Of a stretch of 27,800 bases of DNA, positions 1 to 9,905 are shown piece after piece (positions within the stretch are counted from its first letter, which is position 1; each line of letters opens with the position of its first letter). Source of the DNA: Bdellovibrionia bacterium. Its GTDB lineage: Bacteria; Bdellovibrionota; UBA1018. The stretch is taken from contig JBMSSC010000021.1 of NCBI GenBank assembly GCA_049424145.1, positions 1 through 27,800 on the forward strand, in the 5' to 3' direction. Made by a program: the position numbers and the translations under genes. The notes under the pieces were generated by a model. That model saw nothing but the letters and a program-made list of their open reading frames with translations. It was not told the DNA's origin and searched no databases.

Positions 1-1720
1 CGCTTCCGGATACACCTGTCACACAGACAAAAAGCCCTAAGGGAATCTCAACAGAGACGTTTTTTAGATTGTTCTGAGAGGCCTGCTGGATTTTTAATGT
101 CCGAGCTGGATTGGGTTTTCGCCTTTGCTTGGGCACTTCAATGGCGAGCTCGTTTCGGAGGTAGGCACCAGTGAGACTTTTTTTCGACTGCAGGATGTCC
201 TTTAAAGTCCCAGCCGCAACGAGGTTTCCACCCTCCGTTCCTGCTCCAGGTCCTAGGTCCAAGATCCAATCGGCGCATTCCATGGTTTCTTGGTCGTGCT
301 CCACCACCAGGACCGTGTTTCCTAGGTCTCGAAGGTGAAATAGGGTTTGAATCAATTTTTGATTATCGCGCTGATGAAGTCCAATGCTGGGCTCATCCAA
401 GACGTAAATCACACCCACGAGCGAGCTTCCAATCTGGGTTGCAAGCCGAATCCTCTGAGCTTCTCCACCTGAGAGGGTTTGAGCCGATCGCGCTAGGCTT
501 AAGTAGCCTACGCCTACGTTGTTTAAAAACTTTAAGCGCTGAGTGATCTCATTTAAAACGCGCTCGGCGATTCGTCTCTCACGGTCGGCGAGTGGGAGGT
601 TTTGAAAAAAGTCTAAGGCTTGCTCCAGTGGGATTTGACACACCTGAGCGATGTTTTTTTCGTGAAGAAAATAGTGCAAGCTTTCTTTTCTGAGCCTCGT
701 TCCCAAGCACTCCGAGCAAGGTGTTTTCTCAGCACTCACTTCGGGCGCTAAGACCTCTTCTCCTGAGGGAGTGAGTGTTGAGGCGTCCTCTGAACTGGAT
801 TGAAGCCCGGGATCCGTTCCTAGTCCATCACAGTGGGGACAGGCTCCCATGGGGCTATTGAAAGAAAACGTCCGGGGCTCGGGCTCAGGGTAGCTGATGA
901 GGCAATCTGGGCAAGCGAACTTTTCAGAAAGAAGGGTTTCTTGAACCTTCCCCTTCTCATTCGCTTCGACGATCATGAGACCCTCACCGAGTTTTAAGGC
1001 GAGCTCCACAGAATCGCTGATGCGTGTGGCCAGTGGTCCGGGATCAGCCTTGATGACGACGCGATCCACATAGACGGAGATGTCGTGCTTTTTGTTCTTA
1101 TCTAAATGGATCTCTTCAGAGAGATCAAAAGTCGCCCCGTCAATTCGGACGCGCACGAAGCCCTTTTGTCGCAGTTGCTCCAGTTCCTTTTGGTGCTCTC
1201 CTTTTCTTCCGCGAACCATCGGCGCAAGGAGCGCAAGCTGGGTTCCTTCGGGAAACGACAAGAGGAAGTCCAAGATCTGTTGGGGGGACTGTGAGGAAAT
1301 CGGCTTTTTACACCCTAAACAGATGGGCTTTGCAATTCGAGAGTACAAAAGTCGTAAGTAGTCATAGACTTCAGTTACGGTTCCGACAGTGGATCTCGGG
1401 TTATAGCTGGTCGTGCGCTGCTCAATGGAGATTGTGGGGCTTAATCCTGAGATGGACTCGACCTCGGGCTTGCCCAGTTGTTCGAGGAATTGCCGGGCGT
1501 AGGCCGACAAGCTTTCAACGTACCTTCTTTGACCTTCGGCATAGATCGTATCAAAAGCCAGCGATGATTTTCCTGAGCCTGAAGGGCCAGTGATCACCGT
1601 GAGTTTGTCTCGCGGCAAAACGGCACTGACGTTTTTTAAGTTATGAACTTTAGCCCCTCGAACAATGATGGCTTCGTCATGGGCAATGGTCGGAGGAGCC
1701 GAGTTTTTTCGTTGAGTCAT
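1..1720 (-). CDS. uvrA: Excinuclease ABC subunit A, N-terminal ~573 aa; continues beyond the window edge
   Basis: Absent from the ORF track because there is no stop in the window. Manual translation from the ATG at 1720 (overlaps the PMM stop, TGATG) gives [14 protein letters not shown], Walker [29 protein letters not shown], Zn motifs [49 protein letters not shown] and the start of the second ABC domain (NNLKNV...VTGVSGS). Confidence 0.97.
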   Translation of the reverse strand, partial: MTQRKNSAPPTIAHDEAIIVRGAKVHNLKNVSAVLPRDKLTVITGPSGSGKSSLAFDTIYAEGQRRYVESLSAYARQFLEQLGKPEVESISGLSPTISIEQRTTSYNPRSTVGTVTEVYDYLRLLYSRIAKPICLGCKKPISSQSPQQILDFLLSFPEGTQLALLAPMVRGRKGEHQKELEQLRQKGFVRVRIDGATFDLSEEIHLDKNKKHDISVYVDRVVIKADPGPLATRISDSVELALKLGEGLMIVEANEKGKVQETLLSEKFACPDCLISYPEPEPRTFSFNSPMGACPHCDGLGTDPGLQSSSEDASTLTPSGEEVLAPEVSAEKTPCSECLGTRLRKESLHYFLHEKNIAQVCQIPLEQALDFFQNLPLADRERRIAERVLNEITQRLKFLNNVGVGYLSLARSAQTLSGGEAQRIRLATQIGSSLVGVIYVLDEPSIGLHQRDNQKLIQTLFHLRDLGNTVLVVEHDQETMECADWILDLGPGAGTEGGNLVAAGTLKDILQSKKSLTGAYLRNELAIEVPKQRRKPNPARTLKIQQASQNNLKNVSVEIPLGLFVCVTGVSGS

Positions 1721-3177
1721 CAATGCGGTGTTTCTCCATCGGAGATTTCAATTTGAGGGTGCCCAATGCATTGGGCGGCGGCATGAAGGGCTGATTCCAC
1801 AAAGGTGCGCACTTCTTTGAGCCGAGGCGAGTTTGGAGCTTCAAAGCGGAGAACTAAAACCGGTTGAGTGTTGGAGGCCCTCACCAGTCCCCAGGCGTCT
1901 CCAAAATCCACACGTACTCCGTCAATATCCGTGATCTTGTTTTGAGTTCCCAATCGCTTTTTGGTTTCCTCCACGAGCTGAAACTTCTTTTCTTCCTCGC
2001 AGTTGACGCGAATCTCAGGCGTGCTTACAGAAACAGGTAAGTCCTGAAGTAAGCTCGACAGAGGGCCCGAATGAGCCGATGCAATCTCATAGACTCTCAG
2101 GCCTGCGTAAATGGCATCATCAAATCCAAAGTAGCGATCTGCAAAGAACATGTGTCCGGACATTTCGCCTGCTAGCGCCGCATGGGTTTCCTTCATCTTG
2201 GATTTAATGAGTGAGTGGCCCGTCTTCCACATGATGGGCTTGCCCCCTTTTTTGGCAATTTCGTCATAAAGGCGATAGCTGGATTTCACCTCAGAGATGA
2301 TGGTTGCCCCCGGCATTTCAGCTAAAATCGAGCGAGAAAAGAGGATCATCTGCTCATCGCCGAATAAAATTCGACCTTTTTCGTCGACTAAGCCCAAGCG
2401 GTCAGAGTCCCCATCAAAAGCCAAACCAAAATCAGCCTTCGTTTGAAGCACTTTCTCAATGAGGTGCTTTAAGTTGGCAGGAACCGTGGGATCAGGATGG
2501 TGGTTGGGGAATCGACCATCGAGCTCACAAAATAAGGGAATCACTTCGGCTCCTAAGGCCTCAAAGAGCTCGGGAGCAACCGTGCTTGCCGTTCCGTTTC
2601 CTGCATCCACAACAATCCTTTTGCGCTTTAAGGGACGTGCTAAGTGAGTGAGGTGCCGAATGTACTTGGGGATGATGGCATAGTCGACGACTTCGGACCC
2701 AAGGCGTTTGAGGGTTTCAGCAAGATTGAGTTTCTCGAGTTGGGGGGCCAGCTTTTCCATGAGCCCACGCAGCTCTTGAATTTGCTTTCCGTGAATCGTA
2801 TCTTTGCCGACTAAAATTTTAAAGCCGTTGTAATCAGCCGGATTATGGGAGCCGGTGATCATAATCCCTCCGTCCAAATTGAGGGAGAAAATGCTGAAGT
2901 AAGTCAAAGGACTGGGGCATACTCCCAGGCGGGTCACTTGAACCCCTCCTGCAATCAACCCCTGGATCAATTCCTGCGAGTAGCTTTCACTCGTCAGCCT
3001 GCAATCCCAACCGACGGAAATCATCGGCTGTTTTCGACCCTCTTGAGTGGGGCGACTTTTGACGATGTGAGCGTAGGCAAATCCTAAAAGCCGAGCAAAA
3101 GAGGCATCAAGATCTCGGCCTGCAATGCCGCGAATGTCATATTCCCGAAAAATGGCTGGGTTGATTTGAATCGTCAT
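1720..3177 (-). CDS. Phosphomannomutase/phosphoglucomutase (AlgC-like alpha-D-phosphohexomutase)
   Basis: IFREYDIRG N-terminus, catalytic MITGSHNP, metal loop FDGDSDR, sugar-binding GEMSGH, C-terminal VRASNTQP. Confidence 0.95.
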   Translation of the reverse strand: MTIQINPAIFREYDIRGIAGRDLDASFARLLGFAYAHIVKSRPTQEGRKQPMISVGWDCRLTSESYSQELIQGLIAGGVQVTRLGVCPSPLTYFSIFSLNLDGGIMITGSHNPADYNGFKILVGKDTIHGKQIQELRGLMEKLAPQLEKLNLAETLKRLGSEVVDYAIIPKYIRHLTHLARPLKRKRIVVDAGNGTASTVAPELFEALGAEVIPLFCELDGRFPNHHPDPTVPANLKHLIEKVLQTKADFGLAFDGDSDRLGLVDEKGRILFGDEQMILFSRSILAEMPGATIISEVKSSYRLYDEIAKKGGKPIMWKTGHSLIKSKMKETHAALAGEMSGHMFFADRYFGFDDAIYAGLRVYEIASAHSGPLSSLLQDLPVSVSTPEIRVNCEEEKKFQLVEETKKRLGTQNKITDIDGVRVDFGDAWGLVRASNTQPVLVLRFEAPNSPRLKEVRTFVESALHAAAQCIGHPQIEISDGETPH

Positions 3178-3204
3178 AGAGGTCTTTCCTTTTTAGTGTT
3201 GGGA

Positions 3205-4209
3205 TCATTCCGAACTTTTTGATGCTTCCACTTTGACGGAGGGTTCTCCGGCTCGATGAATAAAGGCAGATTGCTTTTTTCGCTCAAGCCAAAGCTGAAT
3301 CTGGTGAGCAAACTGCTGTTGAGTGAGCTGTGCCCGGATTTCGTCTTTCAGCTCATTGAGTCGATGGTTCTCGTTGGACTCGATGTTCACGAGCTTTAAG
3401 ATGAGAAACCGGCCCAACTCGGTACCGCCTAATACCGGGCTGATTTCTCCAATCTGCATTTTTTTAACGGGACTGAAAGTGGAGGAAAGATGCTCCTCTG
3501 CGATGCTGCCCAAATCTCCTCCTGAGGCTGCAGAGGGGTCATCACTCACGCGTTTGGCCACTTCTTCAAAGGACTCGGCTGAGGTCTTTAGCTCGTGAAG
3601 CGTGCGTTTGGCCACTTCTGAGGCATCTTTTACTGTTTTATAATTCTGAATCGGAATGGAGATGATCTGCAAATGGTAGGACCGATGCCCTCCTTGGGTG
3701 CTTCGGTAGTGGCTGTAGTAGTAGTTTTTGATGTCGGCCTCAGAAATGGCCAACTTAGGTCGAATCTCTCGCTCAATGAGGTTTCGTTTGCTCGCTCCAG
3801 TCCGAATGAGCTCAAAGTAGTCTTTAAAATCAAACCCTTGCTCTGCAATGGCTTCCTTTAAGGCGGTTCGACTCAAATGATTAGCCGCTTGAATGGAGTT
3901 GATCTCTTGTTCCACTTCCGAGTCGCTGACGGGAAATTGTAATCGAATGAGCTTCTCGTCGATTAAAAAAGAGATGATTTCAGAGTCCTGAGCTTGCGCT
4001 CCTTTTTGGGCTAATGCAGTCCCTGCAAATAAAGGATCGAGTTGCGCGCGGATTTGAGTGAGCTTTCTAAACTGGTTTAAGTCAGATTGATAAATCAGGG
4101 ATGAGTGAACGGAGGCCTCAAGGCGATCCAGAAGAATCGGGGCTCCCCAAACAGGAGCATTCCAAAGCATGAGAAAAACGGAGGGCCAACCCAAAAGGAG
4201 TCTGCGCAT
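3205..4209 (-). CDS. SurA-like periplasmic chaperone / parvulin peptidyl-prolyl isomerase
   Basis: Signal-peptide-like N-terminus, SurA N-domain pattern (LIDEKLI...VSDSEVEQEI), one parvulin domain (FEEVAKRVSDDPSAASGGDLG), and position after mfd and a PPIase. Confidence 0.85.
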   Translation of the reverse strand: MRRLLLGWPSVFLMLWNAPVWGAPILLDRLEASVHSSLIYQSDLNQFRKLTQIRAQLDPLFAGTALAQKGAQAQDSEIISFLIDEKLIRLQFPVSDSEVEQEINSIQAANHLSRTALKEAIAEQGFDFKDYFELIRTGASKRNLIEREIRPKLAISEADIKNYYYSHYRSTQGGHRSYHLQIISIPIQNYKTVKDASEVAKRTLHELKTSAESFEEVAKRVSDDPSAASGGDLGSIAEEHLSSTFSPVKKMQIGEISPVLGGTELGRFLILKLVNIESNENHRLNELKDEIRAQLTQQQFAHQIQLWLERKKQSAFIHRAGEPSVKVEASKSSE

Positions 4210-4281
4210 TCCCTAGATTTCGCACATCCTGGGATTAGGCTCAATCAAGAAGTGGGGGTCGGCCCTTCTCCAAACGGTTCT

Positions 4282-5130
4282 TTAATCCTTAATCAAATCC
4301 GAGCGGACGGAAACCTTAGCTGCCGAGCGGAGTTCGCCCATGTATTTTTCAAAGATTTTACCTTTTTCTTCTTCAAAGGCCATTCTTTTGACTTGCAGTT
4401 TGTCGGTGTCATCCCAAGGGCGAATGGCCGTGAGTTTAATGATGTGGTAACCAAATAAGGTTCTTACGATCCCACTGACTTTGCCTGGGGATTTGAGCTT
4501 TAAAGCTGCCTCATAGTAGGCAGGGTCTAGGCGGTCACGGGTTTGATAGTCCATGTCACCACCCATGGGTGCCGAAGGGCCTTCGGAGAACTGTTGGGCC
4601 ACTTCTGAGAAAATCGCTTTTCCATCAGCAATGTGTTGGTCTTGGTAAATCTTGGTGATCTTCTCAAGTGCGGCTTTCTGATCCGAAGCAGAAGCATCAG
4701 GTCTCAGAGCGACAAAAATATGACTGGTGCGGATTTCTGGATTCCTCTCATAAAAGCGTTTAGCTTGCTCGTCGGAGATGTGGATTTTCTCAAACTCAGC
4801 GGTGAGCTTTTTCTCTAAAAGTGCATGGAATAATAATGTATCCATGCGATCTCGAATCTCGGGGTCTTTATCTAGCCCCATGGTCTTGGCTTCCTGAATT
4901 CCCAATTCTCTTTTGATCAGGTCTTCTAGGACATTTTTCTTCGTGGGGGCTTTGAGCTGGAAGAATTTTAAATTGTCTTTATATCGCTTATTGAACTCTT
5001 CTAAGGTGATGGTCGTTCCATTGATTTTCGCAAGTTCGGTTGAAGCTTGGGCAGTGGAGTATCCCATGAGTGAGAATCCAACTGACATCATTAAAAACTT
5101 CGAAGTTTTAGGAAAATTTATCTTCCTCAT
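4282..5130 (-). CDS. Exported PpiC/parvulin-type peptidyl-prolyl cis-trans isomerase (PrsA/EpsD-like foldase)
   Basis: Signal peptide ending AQA; motifs RTSHIFV, FSEVAQQFSEGPSAPMGGDM, VRTLFGYHIIKL; strong RBS (AAGGGAGGGG) on the - strand upstream of the ATG. Confidence 0.88.
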   Translation of the reverse strand: MRKINFPKTSKFLMMSVGFSLMGYSTAQASTELAKINGTTITLEEFNKRYKDNLKFFQLKAPTKKNVLEDLIKRELGIQEAKTMGLDKDPEIRDRMDTLLFHALLEKKLTAEFEKIHISDEQAKRFYERNPEIRTSHIFVALRPDASASDQKAALEKITKIYQDQHIADGKAIFSEVAQQFSEGPSAPMGGDMDYQTRDRLDPAYYEAALKLKSPGKVSGIVRTLFGYHIIKLTAIRPWDDTDKLQVKRMAFEEEKGKIFEKYMGELRSAAKVSVRSDLIKD

Positions 5131-5218
5131 GACGACCCCTCCCTTAAAAAACTGATTTTTTAAAATTGATAGCTTGATAATAGTTTGATTTTATCAGTGA
5201 GCAAACTGATTGGCAACC

Positions 5219-5248
5219 ATTCTAAACGCACACAAGAGAATCACTCAA
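5219..5248 (-). promoter_or_regulatory. Possible sigma70-type internal promoter for the PPIase-surA-pmm-uvrA genes
   Basis: On the - strand, TTGAGT (5248-5243), 18 bp spacer, TAGAAT (5224-5219), in an AT-rich intergenic region. Confidence 0.4.
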
Positions 5249-8200
5249 ATGAATTTTTTAAAACAAGTTTCGAGCTGAAAGAACAGATCTCGTAAACTGG
5301 GTGTTGGCATTTTGGCGATCAGTCGAGAGTCGGGCAGGAGTTGGTATTCATGAGGATAGGCTGAAACCATAGCGATGATTCTTGTGGGATTAAATGTGTT
5401 TTGTTTTCCCGGGGTGAGCGAGATTTTCTCAGGCCCTACGGTGAGGGCCTCGATACCGGTCTTTTTTAGTAGTATTTTGATTCGAATTAGCCAAAGGAGG
5501 TTTTGAGCCTCAGGAGGAGGGGATCCGAAGCGCTCGCGGAGCTCTTGCTCTAAATCCTCTAAAGGCTGCTCGGTATTGAAAGCTGAAAGTCTCCGGTAAA
5601 GGGAGAGTCGGCTATGAATGTCAGGCACATACTCCTCGGACAAATAGCAGGGAAACGGGGTCTTAATCTCAGGATCAAGGCTTGAGTGTGACTCCTCGGG
5701 CTGACCTTTGATTTCTTGGATGGCTTCTTCTAAAAGCTCAGTATACAGATCAAAGCCCACGGCATTAATATTCCCCGATTGCTGAGCTCCAAGAAGGTCG
5801 CCACCACCTCGGATCTCCAAGTCATGGGAGGCCACTTGAAATCCGCTACCGAGTTCAATGAATTTTTGAATCACTTCCAGTCTTTTGATCGCGTCCTCGG
5901 AAATGGCTCCTTGTTCCGGGATGAGCAAGTAGGCATAGGCTCGTTGTTGGCTTCGACCCACGCGACCCCGGATTTGATAGAGTTGGGCTAAACCCAGCTG
6001 ATCTGCCCGTTCAATGAGAATCGTGTTGGCTGAGGGAAGATCAATGCCGGATTCAATGAGCGTGGTGCAAACTAAGACGTTTGATTTTTTCTCGTAAAAT
6101 TCAAACATTGTTTTTTCAAGCTCCGATTCATTCATTTGCCCATGAGCAACGGAGATCTTCGCTTGCGGCACAAGCTCGTGAATTCTTCGAGCAGTCTTTT
6201 GAATCGTCTGTACTCGGTTATGGAGGTAAAACACCTGGCCTCCGCGTGAGAGTTCAAACTCAATCGCATTGCGAATCACATTTTCATCCCACTGCGACAC
6301 ATAGGTGTGAATAGGAAGTCGATTGACAGGAGGGGTTTTGATCAGGCTAATTTCTCGAATTCCGGAGAGCGCCATGTGGAGGGTTCTAGGAATCGGAGTG
6401 GCCGTGAGCGTGAGCACATGCGTGTTGAGCTTGAGGGTTTTCAGCCTCTCTTTGTGCTCCACTCCAAAACGGTGCTCTTCATCGACGATGATCAGCCCTA
6501 AGTCCTGAAATTGAACGTCTTGGGAGAGGAGTCGGTGGGTTCCAATGACGATATCAATTTTCCCTAGACTGACCGCCTCTAAGATCGTCTTTTGCTCTTT
6601 CTTCGAGCGAAAGCGACAGAGGGATTCAATCAGAATCGGGTAGTCCTTCATTCGTTCTTGGAATGAGATCTGATGTTGTTGCGCAAGGATGGTGGTGGGT
6701 ACTAAGACGGCCACTTGCTTGCCTGCAGAAACCGCCTTAAAAGCAGCCCGGATTCCCACTTCCGTTTTTCCATAGCCCACATCCCCACAAACTAAGCGGT
6801 CCATCACTTGCCCTGACTCCAGATCGTTCATCACGTCTTGGATGGCTTGGAGTTGATCCGGGGTCTCATCATAAGGAAATTGAGCTTCAAACTCCCTTAA
6901 TTCACGGTCATTTGGCGGAAAGATGATGCCTTTTTGAAGTTTTCGTTTTGCGTAAAGATCAATGAGGCTGAAGGCGAGCTTCTTTACCTCCTCTTTGACT
7001 TGGTCTTTTATCTTTTTAAACCGCGCTGAGCCCAGTTGGTCTAAGGGAGCGCTGTCACCTGCTCCCACGTACTTTTGAATGGCGTTGAGGCGGTAAATCG
7101 GGATGTAGAGGCGATCCTGATTGGCATACTCTAAGAGAAGAAAATCACTGAGCGCGCCTTGGAGGTGAAGCCGACAGATGCCTTGGTAACACCCCACTCC
7201 GTGCTCCACGTGCACGACGCGGTCTCCTAAGTTCAAATCAGAGAGGGCCTGAATTGAGTTCCAGGATTGGCTTGGAGATGGGTTTTTTGAGGAGGAGCGA
7301 TGCGGTGTTTTTTTGGGTCTGCGCGTGCCTAAAAGATCGCTTTCGGTGATGACGGCAAGCTTTTCCTCGGGCCAATGAACGCTCTCGCTTAAGAGGCCTG
7401 GGAGTAAAGTGATTTGACCCGGCGAGGCGGGCTGCTGAGTGACGCAACTTAAGTTCCTCTGTTCTAAGAGGTATCGAATGCGCTGCAGTTGGCTTTCGGT
7501 TGGGGCCGTCAGTAGGATTTGGTAGCCATCTTTTAGCCAGGCTCTGAAGCACGGCTCTAGGGTGTCCCAGGAAGGGGGCTGAGAAGAGTCAGAGAAAGAC
7601 GGCGCTGGAGGGGGAATCGGCTCAAGAGATGCAGAGTCGGTGTGAGAGTGGGGGCTTAGGGAGGATCTCAAGGTCTGAAGCAGGGGTTTGAGGTTCATGC
7701 GGAGCCCAGGTTCTTGAGCTTTTTGAGTTTTGCATTCAGATTGAAGGAGGTCCAACGATTCAAAGGAAATGCGAGTGTGGGTCGAAGTGAGCTTCTCCCA
7801 ATCACCGGAGTCATGAAAGAGTTCGGAGACCTGAGGAAGGATGATCTTTTTCTCCAGAGCTTTTTTTGCAAGTCCTTCCTGAGCTTCGATGAACTTCACC
7901 CACTCCTCTTGGCAAGACCATGGATCACTCACCATGAGCTCAAAAGAATCGCTTAAGTAGTCCCAAAGGCGACCTGGTTTTTCATAAGCAAAAGGGGCCC
8001 AGCCGTCACTTTTTTCAGGATAGATCCCGCTTTTAATCGAGTCTAAGATCGGATCCCGTGCCAGTCTCGGGATCCCTTGATCATCTGCTCGCTGTTTAAT
8101 CTTCTCCCTTAGGAAATCGGAGTTTTGAGAGTGAATGAGGACTTCACGAGCAGGTGGAATGAAGACGGATTCCAGGGGTTTGGAGCTAGGGAGTGTTCTT

Positions 8201-8871
8201 TGGGTGGCAGGATCAAACTCTCGAATGCGATCCACCACATCATCAAAGAGCTCGATGCGTAGGGGTTTTTCTCGGTCGACTGAAAACACATCGAGGATAT
8301 CTCCTCGAATACAAAAGGTGCCTGGGTCCTCCACCGGATCGACCCGAAGGTAGCCTGCGGCGCCCAGCTGAGTGACGAGAGCTTCGCGCGTGAGGCTTGC
8401 GCCACAAGAGAGAGCGAGGGTGTGCTGAACAAACAGGTCCCTAGGTAGCGTACTCTGGCAGGCGGCAGCCCAAGTGGTTGCAATGATCTGTGGCTGAGTG
8501 GAATGGAGGAGGCTGTGGAGAGTTGCAAGCCGGATCAAGCGTGACTGAAGGGATAGAGCAATGGATCCATAAGGGGATTTCTCCCAAGTGGGAAAGGAAC
8601 GAAGAAGAGGCGGCTCAGAGCTCACCGCTTGAGCGAGGGTTTGAAAATTCGAGGTGAACTCTTCGAGTTGATCCGAAGTGGCGCACAGAACAACAAGACA
8701 GGCAGGGGAGTTTTGAGGTCGGAGGTGAGTTTTTTGGGTGAGAGCTTGTGCATAGTGAGCTACAAAAAAAGCCTGTGCCGGTGCATTGGAGCCCAGAATT
8801 CGAATCCCTGAGCTGGTTTTTGAGTGAAGGGCGGATTCAATCATCGCGGCCAAAGAAGAAGTGGAATTCAT
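5245..8871 (-). CDS. mfd: Transcription-repair coupling factor
   Basis: UvrB-homology module (GYLRVDPVEDPGTFCIRGDILDVF), RID (GDRVVHVEHGVG), CGDVGYGKTEV, IVDEEHRFG, TATPIPRTL, QIRGRVGRS, TRG motif DLEIRGGGDLLG. The ATG at 8871 is preferred over the GTG at 8925, which would overlap the divergent promoter. Confidence 0.97.
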   Translation of the reverse strand: MNSTSSLAAMIESALHSKTSSGIRILGSNAPAQAFFVAHYAQALTQKTHLRPQNSPACLVVLCATSDQLEEFTSNFQTLAQAVSSEPPLLRSFPTWEKSPYGSIALSLQSRLIRLATLHSLLHSTQPQIIATTWAAACQSTLPRDLFVQHTLALSCGASLTREALVTQLGAAGYLRVDPVEDPGTFCIRGDILDVFSVDREKPLRIELFDDVVDRIREFDPATQRTLPSSKPLESVFIPPAREVLIHSQNSDFLREKIKQRADDQGIPRLARDPILDSIKSGIYPEKSDGWAPFAYEKPGRLWDYLSDSFELMVSDPWSCQEEWVKFIEAQEGLAKKALEKKIILPQVSELFHDSGDWEKLTSTHTRISFESLDLLQSECKTQKAQEPGLRMNLKPLLQTLRSSLSPHSHTDSASLEPIPPPAPSFSDSSQPPSWDTLEPCFRAWLKDGYQILLTAPTESQLQRIRYLLEQRNLSCVTQQPASPGQITLLPGLLSESVHWPEEKLAVITESDLLGTRRPKKTPHRSSSKNPSPSQSWNSIQALSDLNLGDRVVHVEHGVGCYQGICRLHLQGALSDFLLLEYANQDRLYIPIYRLNAIQKYVGAGDSAPLDQLGSARFKKIKDQVKEEVKKLAFSLIDLYAKRKLQKGIIFPPNDRELREFEAQFPYDETPDQLQAIQDVMNDLESGQVMDRLVCGDVGYGKTEVGIRAAFKAVSAGKQVAVLVPTTILAQQHQISFQERMKDYPILIESLCRFRSKKEQKTILEAVSLGKIDIVIGTHRLLSQDVQFQDLGLIIVDEEHRFGVEHKERLKTLKLNTHVLTLTATPIPRTLHMALSGIREISLIKTPPVNRLPIHTYVSQWDENVIRNAIEFELSRGGQVFYLHNRVQTIQKTARRIHELVPQAKISVAHGQMNESELEKTMFEFYEKKSNVLVCTTLIESGIDLPSANTILIERADQLGLAQLYQIRGRVGRSQQRAYAYLLIPEQGAISEDAIKRLEVIQKFIELGSGFQVASHDLEIRGGGDLLGAQQSGNINAVGFDLYTELLEEAIQEIKGQPEESHSSLDPEIKTPFPCYLSEEYVPDIHSRLSLYRRLSAFNTEQPLEDLEQELRERFGSPPPEAQNLLWLIRIKILLKKTGIEALTVGPEKISLTPGKQNTFNPTRIIAMVSAYPHEYQLLPDSRLIAKMPTPSLRDLFFQLETCFKKFI

Positions 8872-8890
8872 CCTTGGCAATCTACTGAGC

Positions 8891-8919
8891 TTGACACGGT
8901 TTTTCAACTTCAGTAACCT
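8891..8919 (+). promoter_or_regulatory. Sigma70-type promoter for the nuo region
   Basis: TTGACA (8891-8896), 17 bp spacer, TAACCT (8914-8919), followed by a GGAG RBS and the ATG at 8946. Confidence 0.75.
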
Positions 8920-8945
8920 TTTCACAATCTTTGGAGAAGACCATC

Positions 8946-9422
8946 ATGACAGGCATGACAAGCAGCTGGGGTTCGTATTACGTGGTGTTCCTATCTGCGG
9001 TTTTATCCTTAGGGATTCCCTTGGTCTTAGGCGTGCTCTCTCTGGCCTTTATCCCTCGTAAAAAGCCTCAGGTTGCGGTGAGCTCGGAGCTGAAGAAAGT
9101 GGCGATTAACCAAACCGTGTTGGGCCAAAGGATGAACGTTCGCTTTTTTTTGGCAGCCAACGCCGCTTTGGTACTCATCACGCTCGCCTTAGAACTCATC
9201 CCCTGCGTGATGACTCTGCAAACCAATCATCCCGAGGATTTAATCAAGGGTCTCACCGCGATTGTGACGATTGCTGGATTTACTGTTTTAGGGTTGCTCT
9301 ATTCTGTGAGAAAAGGGGATATGGCTTGGTTAAAGACTTATCACTCAGATCCTTTGTCGGATTTTTCGGCCGATCCCTTAGGAGATTCACCTCTGGACTC
9401 TCAGGAGAGAAAGGCTCACTAA
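8946..9422 (+). CDS. nuoA: Divergent NuoA-like subunit (set 1)
   Basis: Three hydrophobic helices; RMNVRFFLAA aligns to [10 protein letters not shown] and YSVRKGDMAW to [10 protein letters not shown] of the second NuoA; first gene of the nuo run. Confidence 0.8.
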   Translation: MTGMTSSWGSYYVVFLSAVLSLGIPLVLGVLSLAFIPRKKPQVAVSSELKKVAINQTVLGQRMNVRFFLAANAALVLITLALELIPCVMTLQTNHPEDLIKGLTAIVTIAGFTVLGLLYSVRKGDMAWLKTYHSDPLSDFSADPLGDSPLDSQERKAH

Positions 9423-9434
9423 CGGTCTGACCTT

Positions 9435-9905
9435 ATGGGATCTTTTTATTTATCGACTGTCGGCAAGTTTTTAAGTTGGGCCCGATCCAAGTCCATTTGG
9501 TACATCTCCACAGGAAGTGGGTGCTGCGCCGATGAGGTCTTAGATTCCATGGGAGGACGTTACGACTTAGAGCGATTTGGGTGCGTGCCTCAAGTGGACC
9601 CCAGGCAGGCAGATCTGCTCATCGTCTGTGGTATGGTCTCTTATAAAGCGGCTCCTTACTTGAAAACTCTGTATGATTCCATGCTCTCCCCTAAGTATGT
9701 CTTAGCAGTTGGCGCATGTGCGAATTGTGGTGGGCCTTTTTCGCCCAAATACAGTTACTCCGTGGTCGCAGGAGTGGATCAAGTGATTCCTGTGGATGTG
9801 TATGTCCCGGGATGTCCGCCTCGACCTGAGGCCATTATGAACGGTTTGATTGCTTTACAGGAAAAAATCAGTGGACAAGACGCTTCTTTTAAAGACTTTG
9901 AATAA
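9435..9905 (+). CDS. nuoB: NuoB-like subunit (set 1), N2 cluster ligands intact
   Basis: [48 protein letters not shown]. Confidence 0.93.
   Translation: MGSFYLSTVGKFLSWARSKSIWYISTGSGCCADEVLDSMGGRYDLERFGCVPQVDPRQADLLIVCGMVSYKAAPYLKTLYDSMLSPKYVLAVGACANCGGPFSPKYSYSVVAGVDQVIPVDVYVPGCPPRPEAIMNGLIALQEKISGQDASFKDFE

Noticed and set aside
1080..1593. Plus-strand ORFs of 62-100 aa
   Set aside because: They are antisense shadows of uvrA, which the ORF track missed because it has no stop in the window.
5185..5197. FNR box
   Set aside because: TTGAT-TTT-ATCAG has a 3 bp rather than 4 bp spacer and an imperfect half-site.
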